Assembly (NCBI GenBank): GCA_964016885.1
Contig: OZ024740.1
Coordinates: 285,386,001 to 285,450,000, forward strand
Direction: 5' to 3'
DNA: 64,000 bases
Source of the DNA: Eledone cirrhosa
Lineage: Eukaryota
The stretch's first letter is position 1. Each line of letters begins with the position of its first letter. The position numbers were made by a program, and so were the translations under genes. The notes beneath the pieces are model-generated. The model was not told the DNA's origin and did not search any database. It saw nothing but the letters and a program-made list of their open reading frames with translations. Positions 26,161 to 40,674 of the stretch are shown here, piece by piece.

Positions 26161-27514
26161 TCAAATAATCACATAGCAGAGGCTTATTGAAACTAATTTT
26201 TTTATTTAGCTTGCTTTCAACAGGAAAAAGCCAAGTTTGTATGAATGGACTGTGCAACTTCTGAATGTACAGCCCCTCCTTCCATCCATGCATGGACTAG
26301 GCATTATATAGTGTTTTGCAGCACAATTATTTATTTAATTTGATATGAGGTATTAGTTCTTTTTGTAGATTAATAAGATAGTGTTCTATTTGTTTTCCAT
26401 ACATATTTAATGCAACTGAATACAAATGTAAGCACTGGTGATGAAAGTCATCTTGGCTTTGGGGAAGAAAGAAAAGCAATGAAGGTAGTTGTTATAATAT
26501 CTTGGCAACCATCTTAACAGAACGGGAAACAAACTAAATTCATTATCCTCTAAATTGTATAGCAGATGTTATTAGTCATCCAGGATTTTATAAAGAAGTT
26601 GTATCCAATTAAAAGAAATGAGGTCACCATACATATGTATACTTGGAAATTAACAGTAATATTTGGGATTGAACAAACAGGCACATTACTTTAATTTTTT
26701 AATATTAATGGAACATTTTTGTCTACTTGTTTTGTGATACTCACTCTATTACTGGAAAGAAAGATGCATACTGCAAGCCATTCAGATTATGTACCTTTGA
26801 TATTTAAGTTTAATCTACTTCTGTTGTTTTATTTAACATGTTGACCATTTAAACTGAATTCTAAAAAATAATGATTCATATTATGATACAGTACAGTTGG
26901 ATTAAACATTTGGCTTGGCAGGTAGATATTTGTAAATACACTAAGAAAAATGTTCATATTTCTTTTACAAGAAATCAACTGAAATTTTACAACTTGAAAA
27001 AAAGGTTTATAACAAAAAAAGTAACAACAGAAAAAAAACCCCATTATAACTTTGTTTTTCTTCTTGTTCAATATAGAACATCTTAAAGTTATTGATCAAT
27101 AACCTTTATAAATTCAACAGAACATAAATATATATGATATATTATTAAACCATATGGATGAGCCAAGACACTAATACGTAGTAGTCCATGTCACTATTTT
27201 ATTAGAGGAAAACGGGGATGGGGGTATAATATGAGCAGTGGGAGTGGTGTCAGCAGAGAATAAAGAATATCAGAGGTGTACATGTGTGCATGAATGTATG
27301 TGCATATGTGTGAATGCATATGTAATTAATCACTGAAAGACTACAAGTGAAGGTGACTATGGTGGTCATCTGATTCAATGAGAGATTGGTAATTACACAC
27401 ATTTGCAAGCAAATTTAATTAGCAATCTCATCATCATCATCTCTTCCTCAAACTTGATTATGTTGTTGAGAATAATGGTTATATTTCACAATATTATTAT
27501 TTTCTTCAATAATA

Positions 27515-27702
27515 GGGTGGTAGATTGGCAGTATCGGTAGAGTGTCAGACACTATGCTTTGCAGCATAGTTATTGCCATTTACATTCTGAGTTCAAATCC
27601 CGCTGATGTTAACTTTGCCTTTCATCCTTACGGGGGGTCGATAAAATAAAGCACCAGTAATACACTGGAGTAATTGCTGGTCTTATGCCAAAAGTAGAAA
27701 CA
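27515..27702 (+). mobile_element. SINE family A, full length with 16-bp TSD
   Basis: ATTATTATTTTCTTCA at 27493-27508 and 27703-27718. A and B boxes present. Confidence 0.85.
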
Positions 27703-28364
27703 ATTATTATTTTCTTCAGTGAAATAATTTACACAGAAATTAACAAAATGGATGGTTTTCTTCTACTAAACTGATGCTTTCTGCTATCTTTTTACATATT
27801 GGAAGGTAGACTTTCTTCATCTTTATTGGCCAGCTGTTTAAATTCTAGTAACCTGTTTTCCCTGCTAATATTTAAATAAACTTTGTAAATTTAGTTCTCT
27901 TGTAATTACAATATAGATCAGTGTAACTGGGTTATTTCTTTTGTATCATAATGTGTGAACAATAGTATTATTGGTTACATTATTCCAGTGGGCCAGTCAT
28001 TGTTTCACTACATTTATAATGACATGAGTGATAAAGGAGTATCTATAACTTGGTGCAGAAGACTTTGTTTGAAGATTGACATGTAGCTGAGTGGATAGGG
28101 AAGAACTTTGTCACAACTCAAGCGCTCACTCATGACCAACAGAGATGGAGGCTGTTGGTGCAGCGTTCGAACCCCCAGTGACCCGTCGACCCTGAAAGAG
28201 GTTAGGGGACCATGATGATGATGATGACTGCTTGTTCATCAGTGTCTATATGCATACATTGGTGAAAGATACACACTTACTCTAGATATAAATATATTTA
28301 TATGTATGTATGTTGCTGCTGTATGTGTATATAACACGCACATACACACATGTATGTATGTATT

Positions 28365-28900
28365 GAAGGTGCATGACTTAGTGGTTAGGGTATTTGGTTG
28401 TGAACCAAGCTTAACCTTTTAATGTTCAAACCGGCCAAAACCGGCCAGAATTCTCTACCTCTTTCTGTTGAAACTGGCTGTAACTGTGTGCTCAAACTAA
28501 TGTTAAGGTATTGTTCTCAAAATAAATACTTTCAAAATCTCATAGATTCGACATAATTATTATGCGAGGTAAAGCCTTTACCATGAAAATATAATAGTAT
28601 ATATAGAGTAATGTGAATGCTAGAGGGTTAAGCTTGTGAGTTCAATTCCTGGCAATGCTTTTGTGTCCTTGAGAAAGACACTATTTCACATTGGTCCACT
28701 CCACACAGTTGGGAAAAATGAGTTGTACCCGTAATTTGAAGGGCCAGCCTTGTCATTGTCACATCATGTCATACTGAATCTCCCTGAGAACTACACAAAG
28801 GCTACACACATCTGTGGATTGGCCACTTACACATTAATTTCACAAGTTGATTGAATCAACTGGAATATTTGTCGTCATAACCAGCGGAGTGCCAGTTATT
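28365..28900 (+). mobile_element. CORE-like tRNA SINE interrupted between its A and B boxes by a TTAA MITE (28415-28627)
   Basis: GGTGCATGACTTAGTGGTTAGG...[TTAA-MITE-TTAA]...GTGAGTTCAATTCC...GTGTCCTTGAGAAAGACAC. Confidence 0.75.
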
Positions 28901-28934
28901 TACACACACACACACACATATTATATTATGTGCA

Positions 28935-29110
28935 GGTACATGGCCTAGGTGTTAGAGCATTGAGCTCACAATTGTAAGATTGAATCCCTGACCAGGTTGT
29001 GCGTTGTGTTCTTGAGCAAAAAACTTTATTTCATGTTGCTCCAGTTCCCTCAGCTGTAGAAATGAGTTGTGATGTCACTGGTGCCATGTTGTATCGGCCT
29101 TTCTCTTGGA
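28935..29110 (+). mobile_element. CORE-like SINE, decayed
   Basis: Homologous to the head and core of the copy at 58158. Confidence 0.65.
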
Positions 29111-30719
29111 CAACATTTTACAAGCTGGGCTGGGGGCATTTTATCTTAGCACTGGCACTACCACTTTACAGTGTGTATCAGATATTTGTATCGTATAATA
29201 GTAGTGCAACATATATTCCACTCCTGACTACTTATACAATGAAGGAAAAAAAAATACTCTTTTCATTCTATTATCCTTTTGGTAAATATTTATTCAGATA
29301 TTTCTTCTAATTATGTAATAGAAAGAAACGTGATGGACATCAAACAGCCCAACATGTTATTATTGTTTGTATTTAATCCTCTTCTCCCTGCTATATATAA
29401 TGCTTCCAATTATTCTAGTTTTAGACCATGTTTGAGGTTTTACACATTAAAGTATGAATTTCTTCCATGATTTTCCTATAGCAGACAATTATCTTTTCCC
29501 CAGTTAACCCTTCTACCGTTGCGATATTCTAAGATGGCTTCACAAACATAATTATGAAAACTTAATTTGTGGGTTCACATGGTAACAGCTTGTCCTTCAA
29601 TTAAATGATTTCCTGTTTTACAACTGGCAAATATTCAGAATAACACATCAATACTGGACTGATTTAGCATTACTTCTTTTAATTGCACTGAATAACTTCA
29701 CCATGAAGTTCTTAATGACTAATGTATTTTGGTTCAGACATATTTAACATGTGTGAATAGAAGATCAGTTTATTATTTGCTCAGTCTAATAACTTCTCCA
29801 TCATACAATCTAATACTTCAGATCAAGCTAGGTAAACTATCTTGCTAAAAAGCAATGCAATTATTGCTTTGAAATTCAATTATTGCTTTGAAATACAATG
29901 TTAAAAATCTTAAATTTCCTTATCTTTGTTTGGCATTTTCTATTATAAGTAATGTTGGTATCTTAATTGAGTACAAGGGTATAAATTTGTAAGAAAAAAG
30001 TATATTCAATTGAATTGACACTAGTATATTACTAGTATTTATTTTATTAATCCTAGTTGGTGATTGAGAAATAAGAGCAAAAATTGAATTCATTATAGAG
30101 AGATGTAATTAAATGCTCAAAACATTCCTACTTACTGTTTATGTTATAACCCTTTAAAAGCTGTTGTGTTTTGCTAACTGAGCTTCATATTGCTTCTTAT
30201 CAATGATTGGATTAGAAAAGATGTTTTTTTAATGTTATGGCCATATGTTTCATTTTTGTAATATTAAGACTGCCTGCACATATAGGGTTCTTCACAATTT
30301 GGATTGACAAAGTATTGGATTAATTGGAAATTTCTGAAAATCATAGAAATGATTTAGCTATTTAACAATGTTTGGGTTAACTTTAGTTTTACTATTAGAG
30401 AAATGGGGAAAAATAGCATATTTAAGTTACTTTGCTGACTGTTGTTTCAATAAAGCAGATCCAAGTAAAACTTGCTTAAGTATTTGGTTAAATACTTGGG
30501 ATTGACACAAAGTCCAGCACATCAGATAAGCCAATGTGTCACTGTGGTCTGGAATAATGTTGCATATTTTGGCATATCATGTGTGTGTGATAATTTTGGC
30601 ATGTTATATCCAGCCTGTTTTGGCATGTCTGAAGAATGTGTTAGTGATTACAGTGGAGGTGAACAAAGTGATAAATCGATCATTATATGACCATTGATTC
30701 CTTGAGATTTATCACACAA

Positions 30720-32346
30720 CTAGCATTAAAGCCCGGCGTTGCTCGGGGTCATTAAGTTACCAAAGTTAGGTTGCACCACCCATTTTATGGCAGCACTTTT
30801 TTGTCTGCCAGGCACTGGGTGAATGAATTGCAGACCTGGAAGCATGAGCTGCGCCAGCAGTGACAATTGCAGTTTCGCCTATGGATATTATCTCTGTGCA
30901 AAAAAGTGTTGAAATTTATTGTTTCACAGTACTTGCGCAACACGCGCGTAGACGATGCCAGCCGAACAACAGAGCTGCGATGGAGTTGTTCTGCATGGTT
31001 GTCTGTGTGTTTTCTAAATTTAAGACAGTAGGGAGGGTTGTGATATGAGGGAGAGTTAGCTGTTGTTTCTAGCAGGTTTAGTGACCTCATAGAGGATATG
31101 TTTTCTAAATTTAAGACAGTAGGGAGTGGTGTGATATGGGGGAGAGTTAGCTGCTGTTTCTAGCAGGTTTAGTAACCTCATAGAGGATATGTGTTTTCTA
31201 AATTTAAGGCAGTAGGGATTGGTGTGATATGGGTGAGAGTTAGCTGCTGTTTCTAGCAGGTTTAGTAACCTCATAGAGGATATGTGTTTTCTAAATTTAA
31301 GGCAGTAGGGATTGGTGTGATATGGGTGAGAGTTAGCTGCTGTTTCTAGCAGGTTTAGTGACCTCATAGAAGATATTGTTTATCATTATCTATAAAAGGC
31401 AGATTGTTGTTGTTGTTGTTGTGTGTGTGCACATGTTCCATGTTTATACATTTGCACAATTTCAAACCGATTCGACTCAAAGTCTGTAAGAATCCACGTT
31501 CGTTGAGAGGTTTTAAAAAAGATTTATCGCTTGTTGTTGAATAAATGTATCTGTTGCTTTTGAATAATTGTCGTTTCGTATGAAATATAATAATTGTTTC
31601 TACTTTTTTGGCACAAGGCCAGCAATTACCCAGTACATTACTGGTACTTTATGTAATAATAAACGTTCTCTCTCCCTCTCACTCTCTTCTCTTTCTCTCT
31701 CTTCGGCAATCACGCACGTTGTTTAATTGCTTTAAATGTTGTTAATGAATAGTCGTGTATTTGTGGTTATAAATCCCGCACGTTGTTTAATTGCTTAAAA
31801 TTTTTTTTTATCAATTTATGTGAGTGTGTGTTTGTATGTGTTTGTAAATAAATCCTTAAGTTTGAAGCAACTAAAAGTTAGTGTGGTTATAAATCACGCA
31901 CGTTGTTTAATTGCTTTAAATGTTTTTTTTATCATTTGAAGTGAGTGTGTGTTTGTATGCGTTTGGAAATAAATCAGTAAGTTTGAAGTATAAAAGAGAA
32001 AGTAGCAAAATGTGTGGGTTGTAGATAGAGGTAAGCAGATGATATGAGAGAGTAAAACGGACAGTATCACCATCAAGCTTGGAAAGAGAAAGTAGCAGAA
32101 AGTATGAAGTTGTATAGATTTTGAATGGTAGTGGAAAGAGTTTAGCAGTTTAAATGAGAGAGAAAAATCGTAAAATATTGAGTTTTATCTATTTTTTGTG
32201 TAATTGTGGGTGAAATTGAAAAAATTATCTGTGCCAAGACGCAATCGAAGCTATTTCGAATACTGAATTGTAAATTTCAATTGAAGAAATTCTATATCGT
32301 AGATTTCTATAACAAAGGAGCATGACCATACACTGAGCTTTATAGA
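30720..32346 (-). mobile_element. Non-autonomous Helitron-like element (~1.6 kb) with internal tandem arrays
   Basis: On the minus strand: A|TCTATAAAG 5' end at 32346, 3' hairpin CCGAGCAACGCCGGG and CTAG|T at 30720. AT target with no TSD. Confidence 0.75.
31010..31376. repeat. Tandem array of four 91-93-bp units
   Basis: CTAAATTTAAG recurs at 31014, 31105, 31198 and 31291. Confidence 0.95.
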
Positions 32347-33675
32347 TTATGATTAATAAATCCAGCTCGCACTTGTACTCTGAAAATGGTACAGGTGTTT
32401 TACGTTTGGATCAGGTTAGTAATTACTGGCTGGAAGGTGTTCCAGTGAGGATGTATTGGGCAATGTTTAACAATGGAGGTCTGAGGAGTGAAACAAAGGG
32501 ACTGGTGGAAAGACAAGTATACTCAGTGGGTTTAGATATGAGCTATATATATATACTGTGTGGAAGATGGACGTTAAACAAAGATGATGATGATGAGGAA
32601 GTTCAAAGTATTAGATATTGTTACAAATGATAGAAGCAAGGGCAGTGGATGAAAGATGGTAGACATTTGCTAGGTGAAGGATTTGTTGTGCTTTTGAGAA
32701 TTGTTGATAATATAAAGAGTGTTTTCTTTGATAATGTATTTTATCCACTCAGTTTCATTGTTAGAGATAGTTTACATCTATTGTTATTTTAAATACTATT
32801 GTCTTAAGAATTGTTGAACTTGACCCTTTCGTTACTAACCTGGCCCTTTTCCTATGAAACAAACCACCCATTTTAAAAGATTCTTACTTAAATTAAAATC
32901 TTTTAAGATTATTTTTTATAAGAACCATATGTTAAGTTACTATTTTAGTAATGAAATAAATAATTTTAGTAAATCCTTTAAAATTCTTCATTAATTAATT
33001 GAAATAGTGTATTTATTTAGAAGTACTGCAATGACAGAATTGATCTGTTTTGAAGAATAGGATTCTATTTATTTCTAATCATAAACACATGGTGATTGGT
33101 TATATCAGCGAGGCACCTTTATTATGATTTACTTCACTTCAGTGATAAATGATTGACTTTTGCTGTTAACATCTGACGATAAATGAATATTTTGAGTGGA
33201 TGTTCAAGGACATTGTTTATATTTTTGAGGAATGGATGTGACCAAGATGTCTTGTCCTTGAGACACTAAGTAAACATAGTATTTAGTAAATCAGTGGGTT
33301 AAGAAATAATTTCATTTTTCAGCTCCAATTCACTTCATACTAATTCCAGGAAGATAGTTATCTCTCTAGTAATTTTTTTTTTTTCTTTTTCTCCAGCTAG
33401 CAATTTTTAGCATATTCATTACCTTGCACCATCTGTCTACATAATTTCCTGACAACAGTTCTGTATTTCTCACTACTTTTTCATCACTTCATTCTCTAGT
33501 AATATTGTTTTGAAACTTATGTTTTTTGTTTATATCATCCAAACCTGTCTCTGTATCCTGTACTGGAAGAGAGAATAACCTTTTTGATAGCAAACTGACT
33601 ATAACTGCTCTGGTTCTGTGATACAAAATTGTTTGTTTCAAAGTGTTTATCTTTTCTAAAAACCTTCCCCCTTAA

Positions 33676-33883
33676 CCCTTTAGCATTTACATTACTCTAT
33701 ATTTACTATTGTATTTTTGTGGTAAAAGCTTTACCTCACATAATATCGAATCTATGAGACTTTAATATTATTTATTTTGAGAAAAATACCGTAGCATCAG
33801 TATGAGCGGCTAGTTATGGCCTGTTTGAACAGAAAGAGATGAGAGAATTCTGGCCGGATACAGCAGGTTTAAATGCTAAAGGG
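33676..33883. mobile_element. TTAA-flanked MITE (piggyBac-like)
   Basis: Perfect TIR CCCTTTAGCATTTA with TTAA on both sides. Confidence 0.9.
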
Positions 33884-34867
33884 TTAATTTTATCTAAGAA
33901 ACTTTCCAAACACCAGCATAATAATGAGAAAATTACTGTATATATTTGAATATACGCCGATCCCACTATGCCTGACAAATGGGCAAAAATCCAAACCTTA
34001 TTTATGTAAAATTTGAAGTTGGTGAAAATCGTCAAAATATTGTGCATCAATTTTTGGGTCACATATTCCTCGGCTTAAATTTGAGTATAGTAGTTATGTT
34101 ACTAAATCTCAAATTCTTGATTATTTTCAAAATCAGTGTTTTTTCTTAGAAATATGATAAAAGAATTGAGCACATTTGCTAACAGCAAAAACACAAGTTA
34201 TATATATATATATCAACTACAATTTTTTAGATAGCTCTCAGCTTATAGTATTTATCCATATTACACATGTTAAGGATCATCTATGCTAAATGACATGTTG
34301 AGGTTAGCTATTTCCTGTGATCTCTTTTGGAACATCCTCAACTTCACAAGAGTTTTACTGTGAAAATTGCTTATTCCTTGTCTTACCACAATGAAATGGT
34401 TGTATATTTTACTAGTAAGTTACCCAATGTTGGCTGGAAAATAAAGCACAAAGTTGGTGGTAACCAATTTGTTGAATGGTAATCCTGCTAATTCTGCATC
34501 AATTTATTTTGGAGTTAAAAGTTTTCTGAAAGAGATAACAGGAATATTTTTCCTCATAAAATTGTACTTGCATTTCAATAACCTACTGTAAAAGGAAATA
34601 GCTCAAACGCATAAACACACACAGACATACACACACATGCACATGTTTTGTCCTTTAAAAGTTGGGAAGGAATTAAAGATAGTAAGGTGTGTGATTTGAA
34701 GGAGATTTGACTGTAATTTCCAGTGAGTTGAGCAACTGTATACAGGCTCCTTTGTTCATAATTTGTATGTGTCTTGTAAATGTGTTGTTTTGTTTGAATG
34801 TATGTGTGTGTCACTGAATATTTTGAATATGTGTTTGTGCATATTCATGATTATTATATATATATAT

Positions 34868-35106
34868 AAGCACCCAGCCCACACTGTAAAGTGGACGTGT
34901 AGGCGCCACGAAAAAGCACCCAGCACTCACTGTAAATGAGGTTGGTGTTAGGAAGGGCATCCAGCTGTAGAAATCAAGCCAGATCAGTTCCTGTATGAGC
35001 AAGGCATGGTCAGCCGACCAGACACTGCCCACAACAGGACAACCCGTCTAACCCATGCTAGCGTGGAAGAACGGACGTAAAACGGTGATGATGATGATGA
35101 TGATGA
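34868..35106 (+). mobile_element. Young RTE family 1 3'UTR fragment inserted in a TA run
   Basis: Reverse complement of 62828-63070 with 2 mismatches by eye. ATATATAA on both sides. Confidence 0.9.
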
Positions 35107-35825
35107 TATATAATCACATGTTTAAGGATTGGTTTATTGTTAATGTGTAGCTCCAGCTAACTAGTCTTTCTCTAGTCCAAAACCAATAAAAAACAAAAAG
35201 TCAAACCTCATTGATCAGACATTTATGTGTGTCTGTGTCAAAGTATGTTTGTATGTAATGTGTATGTGTGTTTTCTTATGTATTTATCTGTGCAAATGCA
35301 TTTGTTGTTGCATGTGCATATGTGTATTGTAAATGTATCTGTTGTTTGAATGAATGCTTGTCTCGTATGTTTTGAATATGCCTTTGTGCACATTGATAAT
35401 TAGATATGTGTTTTTGTTATGTATAAGGTTGGTTTCATATTTCCTGTTTGTGCATATGTGTGTTTCTTTGTATTATCTCTGTCTTTCATTAATCAATGCA
35501 AATTCTCTTTTCTATTGAGAATCTTTTGGTTTTGAGAGTTCTAGTTCAAGAAACCTGCTGGGTGGACTTATGTTTAGAGTAGAATAAACTGAAACATTTT
35601 TACCATACAATGGTCTGTTTTGCCGAACTCAAGGCATTCACAATTAGAGATGTAGATCCACAGTTTTAGTAGTATACTAGCAGAATGGCCCGGCATTGCT
35701 CGGGATATGCTCTAGGGTTCTTATATATTTGATATATATTTATCCTTATCGAGCCTCGTGAAATAAATGTTTGTTTATATTTTGTTATTGTGTATGCAAA
35801 AATATCTGTACACGAATATATATAC

Positions 35826-35884
<59 letters not shown>

Positions 35885-35885
<1 letters not shown>

Positions 35886-37355
35886 ATAATGATAATGAAA
35901 TTGTGTAAAGTGCTCAGGTGCACTACAACTCGTCAATATAGTACATAGAATAATACACAAATGTCAGGGAAGTACATGTGTGTATGTGTTAGCTGTAGTG
36001 TTGGCGGATCTTGGGAAGCATGGAGGCCTTAAAGGATGCAGTGTCGCGACAGCTAACAACTGATGCAGGTAGTTTGTTCCATGCTTCAGCAACTCTGAGC
36101 GTGAAAAAATGTTTCCGAAAGTCATGGGAACTGTGCTGTTTTCTTACTTTGTGGGCATGTCCACGTGTGTTAGACACATGGAAATCAGAAAGGTACTCAG
36201 GGTTGTTGGCAACATGGTTAACAATTTTGTGGGTGTTTACCAAGTCAGTTGCCAGGCGTCGGAGCTTCAATGAATCCATGCCCAGGGAAGCAAGGCGCTC
36301 AGGGTATGGTAGGTGTCTGATGGAGGGTATTCGCTTGGTTGCACATCTCTGAACAGTTTCCAGATGGTCAATGTCCTGAGCAAGATAGGGGTTCCAGACT
36401 GGTGATGCAAATTCTAAGTGTGGTCGCACCATAGCTGTATACAGCCTTAAATAGATATCTGGAGAGCGGCTGACAAAGGTCTTGCTGAGTGATGCTAAGA
36501 CACCCTCGGCCCTCTTGACAATTTTAGAGATGTGCCTCGTCCAACGCAAATCGCTGCTGACCGTAATGCCCAGGTCACGTTCAAAGGAAGACTTCTTGAT
36601 ATTAGTGCTGTGGAGGGAGTATGTGGACGCTGGGTTTTTACTCCCAAAATGCATGGTGGTGCACTTGTCCACAGCTAGCTTGAGTTGCCAGTCTGAGATT
36701 CATTGTTGCATTGTGTCCAGGTCAGACTGCAAGCAAGATCTATAGTGTTCAGGATCTGTCCTTTTTATCTCAAAGTACAGCTTGATGTCGTCTGCGTACT
36801 TTAGTACTGTGGCATTCCTTAAGTTGGCATCTATGTCATTAATATATGCCACAAACAAAAGGGGGCCAAGAACAGATCCTTGTGGTACACCAGATGACAT
36901 CTCATATGGTGAAGAATGCTGTCCCAGAACCGTGACTACCTCTCTTCGACTGAGAATGAAGGACTTCAACCAGTTAAAAAGATCATCCTTCACACCCATT
37001 GCAGAGAGTTTTGCCATAAGCCTTTTGTGTGGCACAGAATTGAAGGCCTTCGCAAAGTCAAGGTAAACAACATCCACCCATGAGCCGCCATCAGTGATCC
37101 GGGTGTTGTCCTCAAGAAACTCTATAAGTTGATCACAGCAGCTGGAGTTGGGGATAAATCCAAATTGCGAGGGCCGGATAAGACTGTGAGAGCTCCAGAA
37201 GTTCCAAAGTGTTTCTCTGACACAGGATTCCATCAGTTTGGCGATGCAACTAGTAAGACTGACTGGACGATAGTTCACAGGTGATGTGCGGTCACCCTTT
37301 TTGAACAGAGGAATGACACTGGCAGTTTTCCACTGTTCTGGAGTAGCACTGTTGT
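35885..37355 (-). mobile_element. CR1-type LINE, 5'-truncated, RT nearly intact
   Basis: IPLFKKGD...NYRPVSLTS, QFGF, VYLDFAKAFNSVPH, SGVPQGSVLGPLLF, YADDIKL, ERDLGI, VRPHLEFASPVWNP and NTRGH motifs. One in-frame stop at 36700-36702 separates the two ORF-track pieces. Confidence 0.92.
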
Positions 37356-37478
37356 TCAGACAGATAACAGATTAAAATTTAAGCAAAGAATCGCTGCTTT
37401 CACCCTTAACGGGATCTTCTGAAACAAAAACAAAATCAATCTGTGAATGCAGAAGTAAATATTTCGAAAAACGTTACA

Positions 37479-37533
<55 letters not shown>

Positions 37534-37541
37534 TATACATA

Positions 37542-38423
37542 CAGGGTGCGGACGATATTTGTTCGCAAGATTACTGTCTAGAAAAAAAATAACACAGTAG
37601 TTTTATTTTTTAAGATATATTTATCAAACTTGGGTCAGTTTGTCTTCATGACTTGTTCTTTCGATCTCACTCGATAAACCCGCCATTGGCTTTGATGACG
37701 GCCTCAAGGCACCTCGGAACCGGCTACAGGCCTTCGTCACTGTCCCCCGACTTAGGCCTCTAAAGGCACTTGTGATCCTGGCCTTCAGATCGTCTTTCAT
37801 ATTGCAGCTAGATCTGTTGGTGTCTCGTTCCACTGTGCCCCACACAAAGAAGTCGAGGGGGTTGTGGTCAGGCGAGCTGGGAGGCCAGATGTCAGGTGAA
37901 GTATGGTCAACGAAGTTCTCTGACAGCCAGGCTTGGGTCTTTCGGCTGGTATGGCAGGGCGCTGAGTCTTGCTGCCTCACGTACGGCCTACCTGGTTGAT
38001 CCAGGGCTTTACTACCCCGCTCAGAACGCGGATGTAGCCATCTGTGTTCAGCTTGAGGCCCTCAGGGAAGAAGTGAGGTGGCATGACGTCACCTTGACTG
38101 CTGACGACACCTAAGACCAATGTTGTCACTGGAAACTTTGTCTGCATGACTCTGGGCACATCTTTGGATGAGACACCATTCTCCTGCTGACGCTGAGAAA
38201 GTCTGAAATTTCCTTATGTGTCCTCCCGGCGCGGATTCCAAGAAGAACTCCGTGCCTCTTCCACAAATTTGGAGGTTCAAAATTATTCATAATCAATTAT
38301 TCTGAAAATAAATAATTGAAATATAGTCACTGTTTTTATGAAGACAAGAGTGACAATGGAAGTAAAAAAAATTTGTATAAAATTAGCGGTTGATAATTGC
38401 AAACAAATATCGTCCACAGCCTG
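37542..38423 (-). mobile_element. Internally deleted DD37D (maT) transposon, copy 2
   Basis: TIRs CAGGGTGCGGACGATATTTGTT / AACAAATATCGTCCACAGCCTG. QQDSAP...SPDHNPLD has 37 residues between the second and third catalytic Asp. Confidence 0.92.
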
Positions 38424-38590
<167 letters not shown>

Positions 38591-40283
38591 GGTAGCGTCA
38601 TAATGTTGTAATGCAGACATACAGACATATTATAAGGGTGCGACGTTGTAGCTATGTATCTATCTAAAAAGAAAGACTAAGAATTATAGAGAGATCGCTA
38701 AATCGCCTAGTGCGATCCCTAGCGCATTGAAAATTTGAAATTTCTTTTGGTCAAAACACTCACACAACCATAAGTATTACGTGTGTAAAGTTTGAAAACA
38801 ATCAGTTGGGTGGTTCTCGAGTTGTAAGGAGTCCGACAGACAGGCAGGCATTCTCTGTTCTAGATATATAAATAAATTTAACATAACTAAATATGCATTG
38901 TTTCCTCTAGAAGGCAGAAACATCTTCAGATTTTTTTTATCTATTTATCACATTCAATTGTATTATTTATTTTATTTTACTTATGATAATATTTCAAGAT
39001 TGTGTTGTGTTATTTGTTTTATCTGAAAAATCATATAAAAATGAAATACCTTGGGACAACAAACTTGAACTGTGGTAATGCTGAAACATGTCTTTGAACG
39101 ACAATTCCTTTTTGTTTATATATCTAACTATTCAATTGTTTTGTTGTTTTTTAAATTCATATCATATATTTGAATTGTAATTTCTTCATTGTATAGTAAA
39201 TAATAAAACAATCACCAACAAATGTAGAGTTAATACTGGAAAAAATATTGTTTTTCTATCTTCCATGGTCTAATCTGAAATAATAGATGAATGCAAAATT
39301 TTGATAATTACTGTTCTATTATTATTTAGTGGTTTTACATGAACCTTGTAAGACTCATTGATTTCTTAAGAAAAATACGAGGTAAAAGCCATTGACTAAA
39401 TTTGATAATTTGATGGCGATAAATGAACTACTAGGAGTTTATTACTCTACTGTGTCGGTCTGATCTGAGTTCAAATACTACTGAGGTTAGCTTTGTCTTT
39501 TACACATCTAGACTGAATAGAATAAATGCCAATAATGTACTAGAACACCACCTTAGGTTATTTGAGACAAATAGCACTTTTCTCTCACAGAGCCTATGTA
39601 TTCTTGCTTCTGGTTTACCCTATGAAGACTAAATACAGCTAAAGGAAGAAATCAATAGACCTTAATGACAGTAATGTGCCACAAACAATTGCGGAAACGA
39701 AAGAAGCATTTAGCAACAGAACTGCATTATTAATAATGAATATCATTTTTTCTCACATTGGCATAAAGCCACAAAGTTTTTAGAGGAATGTTTGCTGATA
39801 CTTATTTTATTGATTTTAATGAAGTAGAGGAGGTTAAGGGGAAGTATTTGGTTTTAAACTTTGTATATCAAAAGACATTGTCTTCTTTCTGTCACTCAAC
39901 GGCTATGATCTTTTTCTAGCATAATATATCTAAAAATAAACTAGCCAATATATCTTTCTTTTAAAAAAAAAAAGTGTTATTTGAAGGAGATTTTGCTGCT
40001 ATTTTCACCAGGTTGAAAGACTGAACAACTATGTAGAAGCTCTTTCATTTGTTGATAAACTTTTACTTAATTTTTAGGAGGCTGAATTTTTTTATGAATT
40101 GCTTCCTTTAATACTGTATTATGTATTAAGGGGAGATCACTCTATTGGCAGCTTCTGTTTCCCACAGCGCCAAAAGGATTAAGTATAAACCCTTTTACAA
40201 CTTAAATTCATTGACAAAATTTTGGATCGTTTGTTAGCATGAATAAGTTGGGAAGTCCTCATTACATTATTGAGCTATTGTAG

Positions 40284-40674
40284 GTGGATTGGCAGTATCG
40301 GTAGAAGGTCGGACGCCATGCTTTGCAGCAAAGAGTTACGGCCCTTTATGGTCTGAGTTCAAATCCCACCGAGGTTAACTTTGCCTTTCATCCTTACGGG
40401 GTCGATAAAATAAAGTACCAGTAATACACGGGGATAATTGCTGGCCTTGTGCCAAAAGTAGAAACAATTATTAAAATAAATTATTAAGGGCGGTGGATTG
40501 GCAGTATTGTTAGAGAGTTGGACACCATGCTTTGAAGCATAGAGTTACGTCCCTTTATGATCTGAGTTCAAATCCCGCTGAGGTTAACTTTGCCTTTCAT
40601 CCTTACAGGGTCGATAAAATAAAATACCAGTAATGTACTGGGTAATTGCTGGCCTTGTGCCAAAAATAGAAATA
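40284..40674 (+). mobile_element. Head-to-tail dimer of SINE family A within one 18-bp direct repeat
   Basis: ATTATTGAGCTATTGTAG at 40266-40283 and 40675-40692. Confidence 0.85.
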
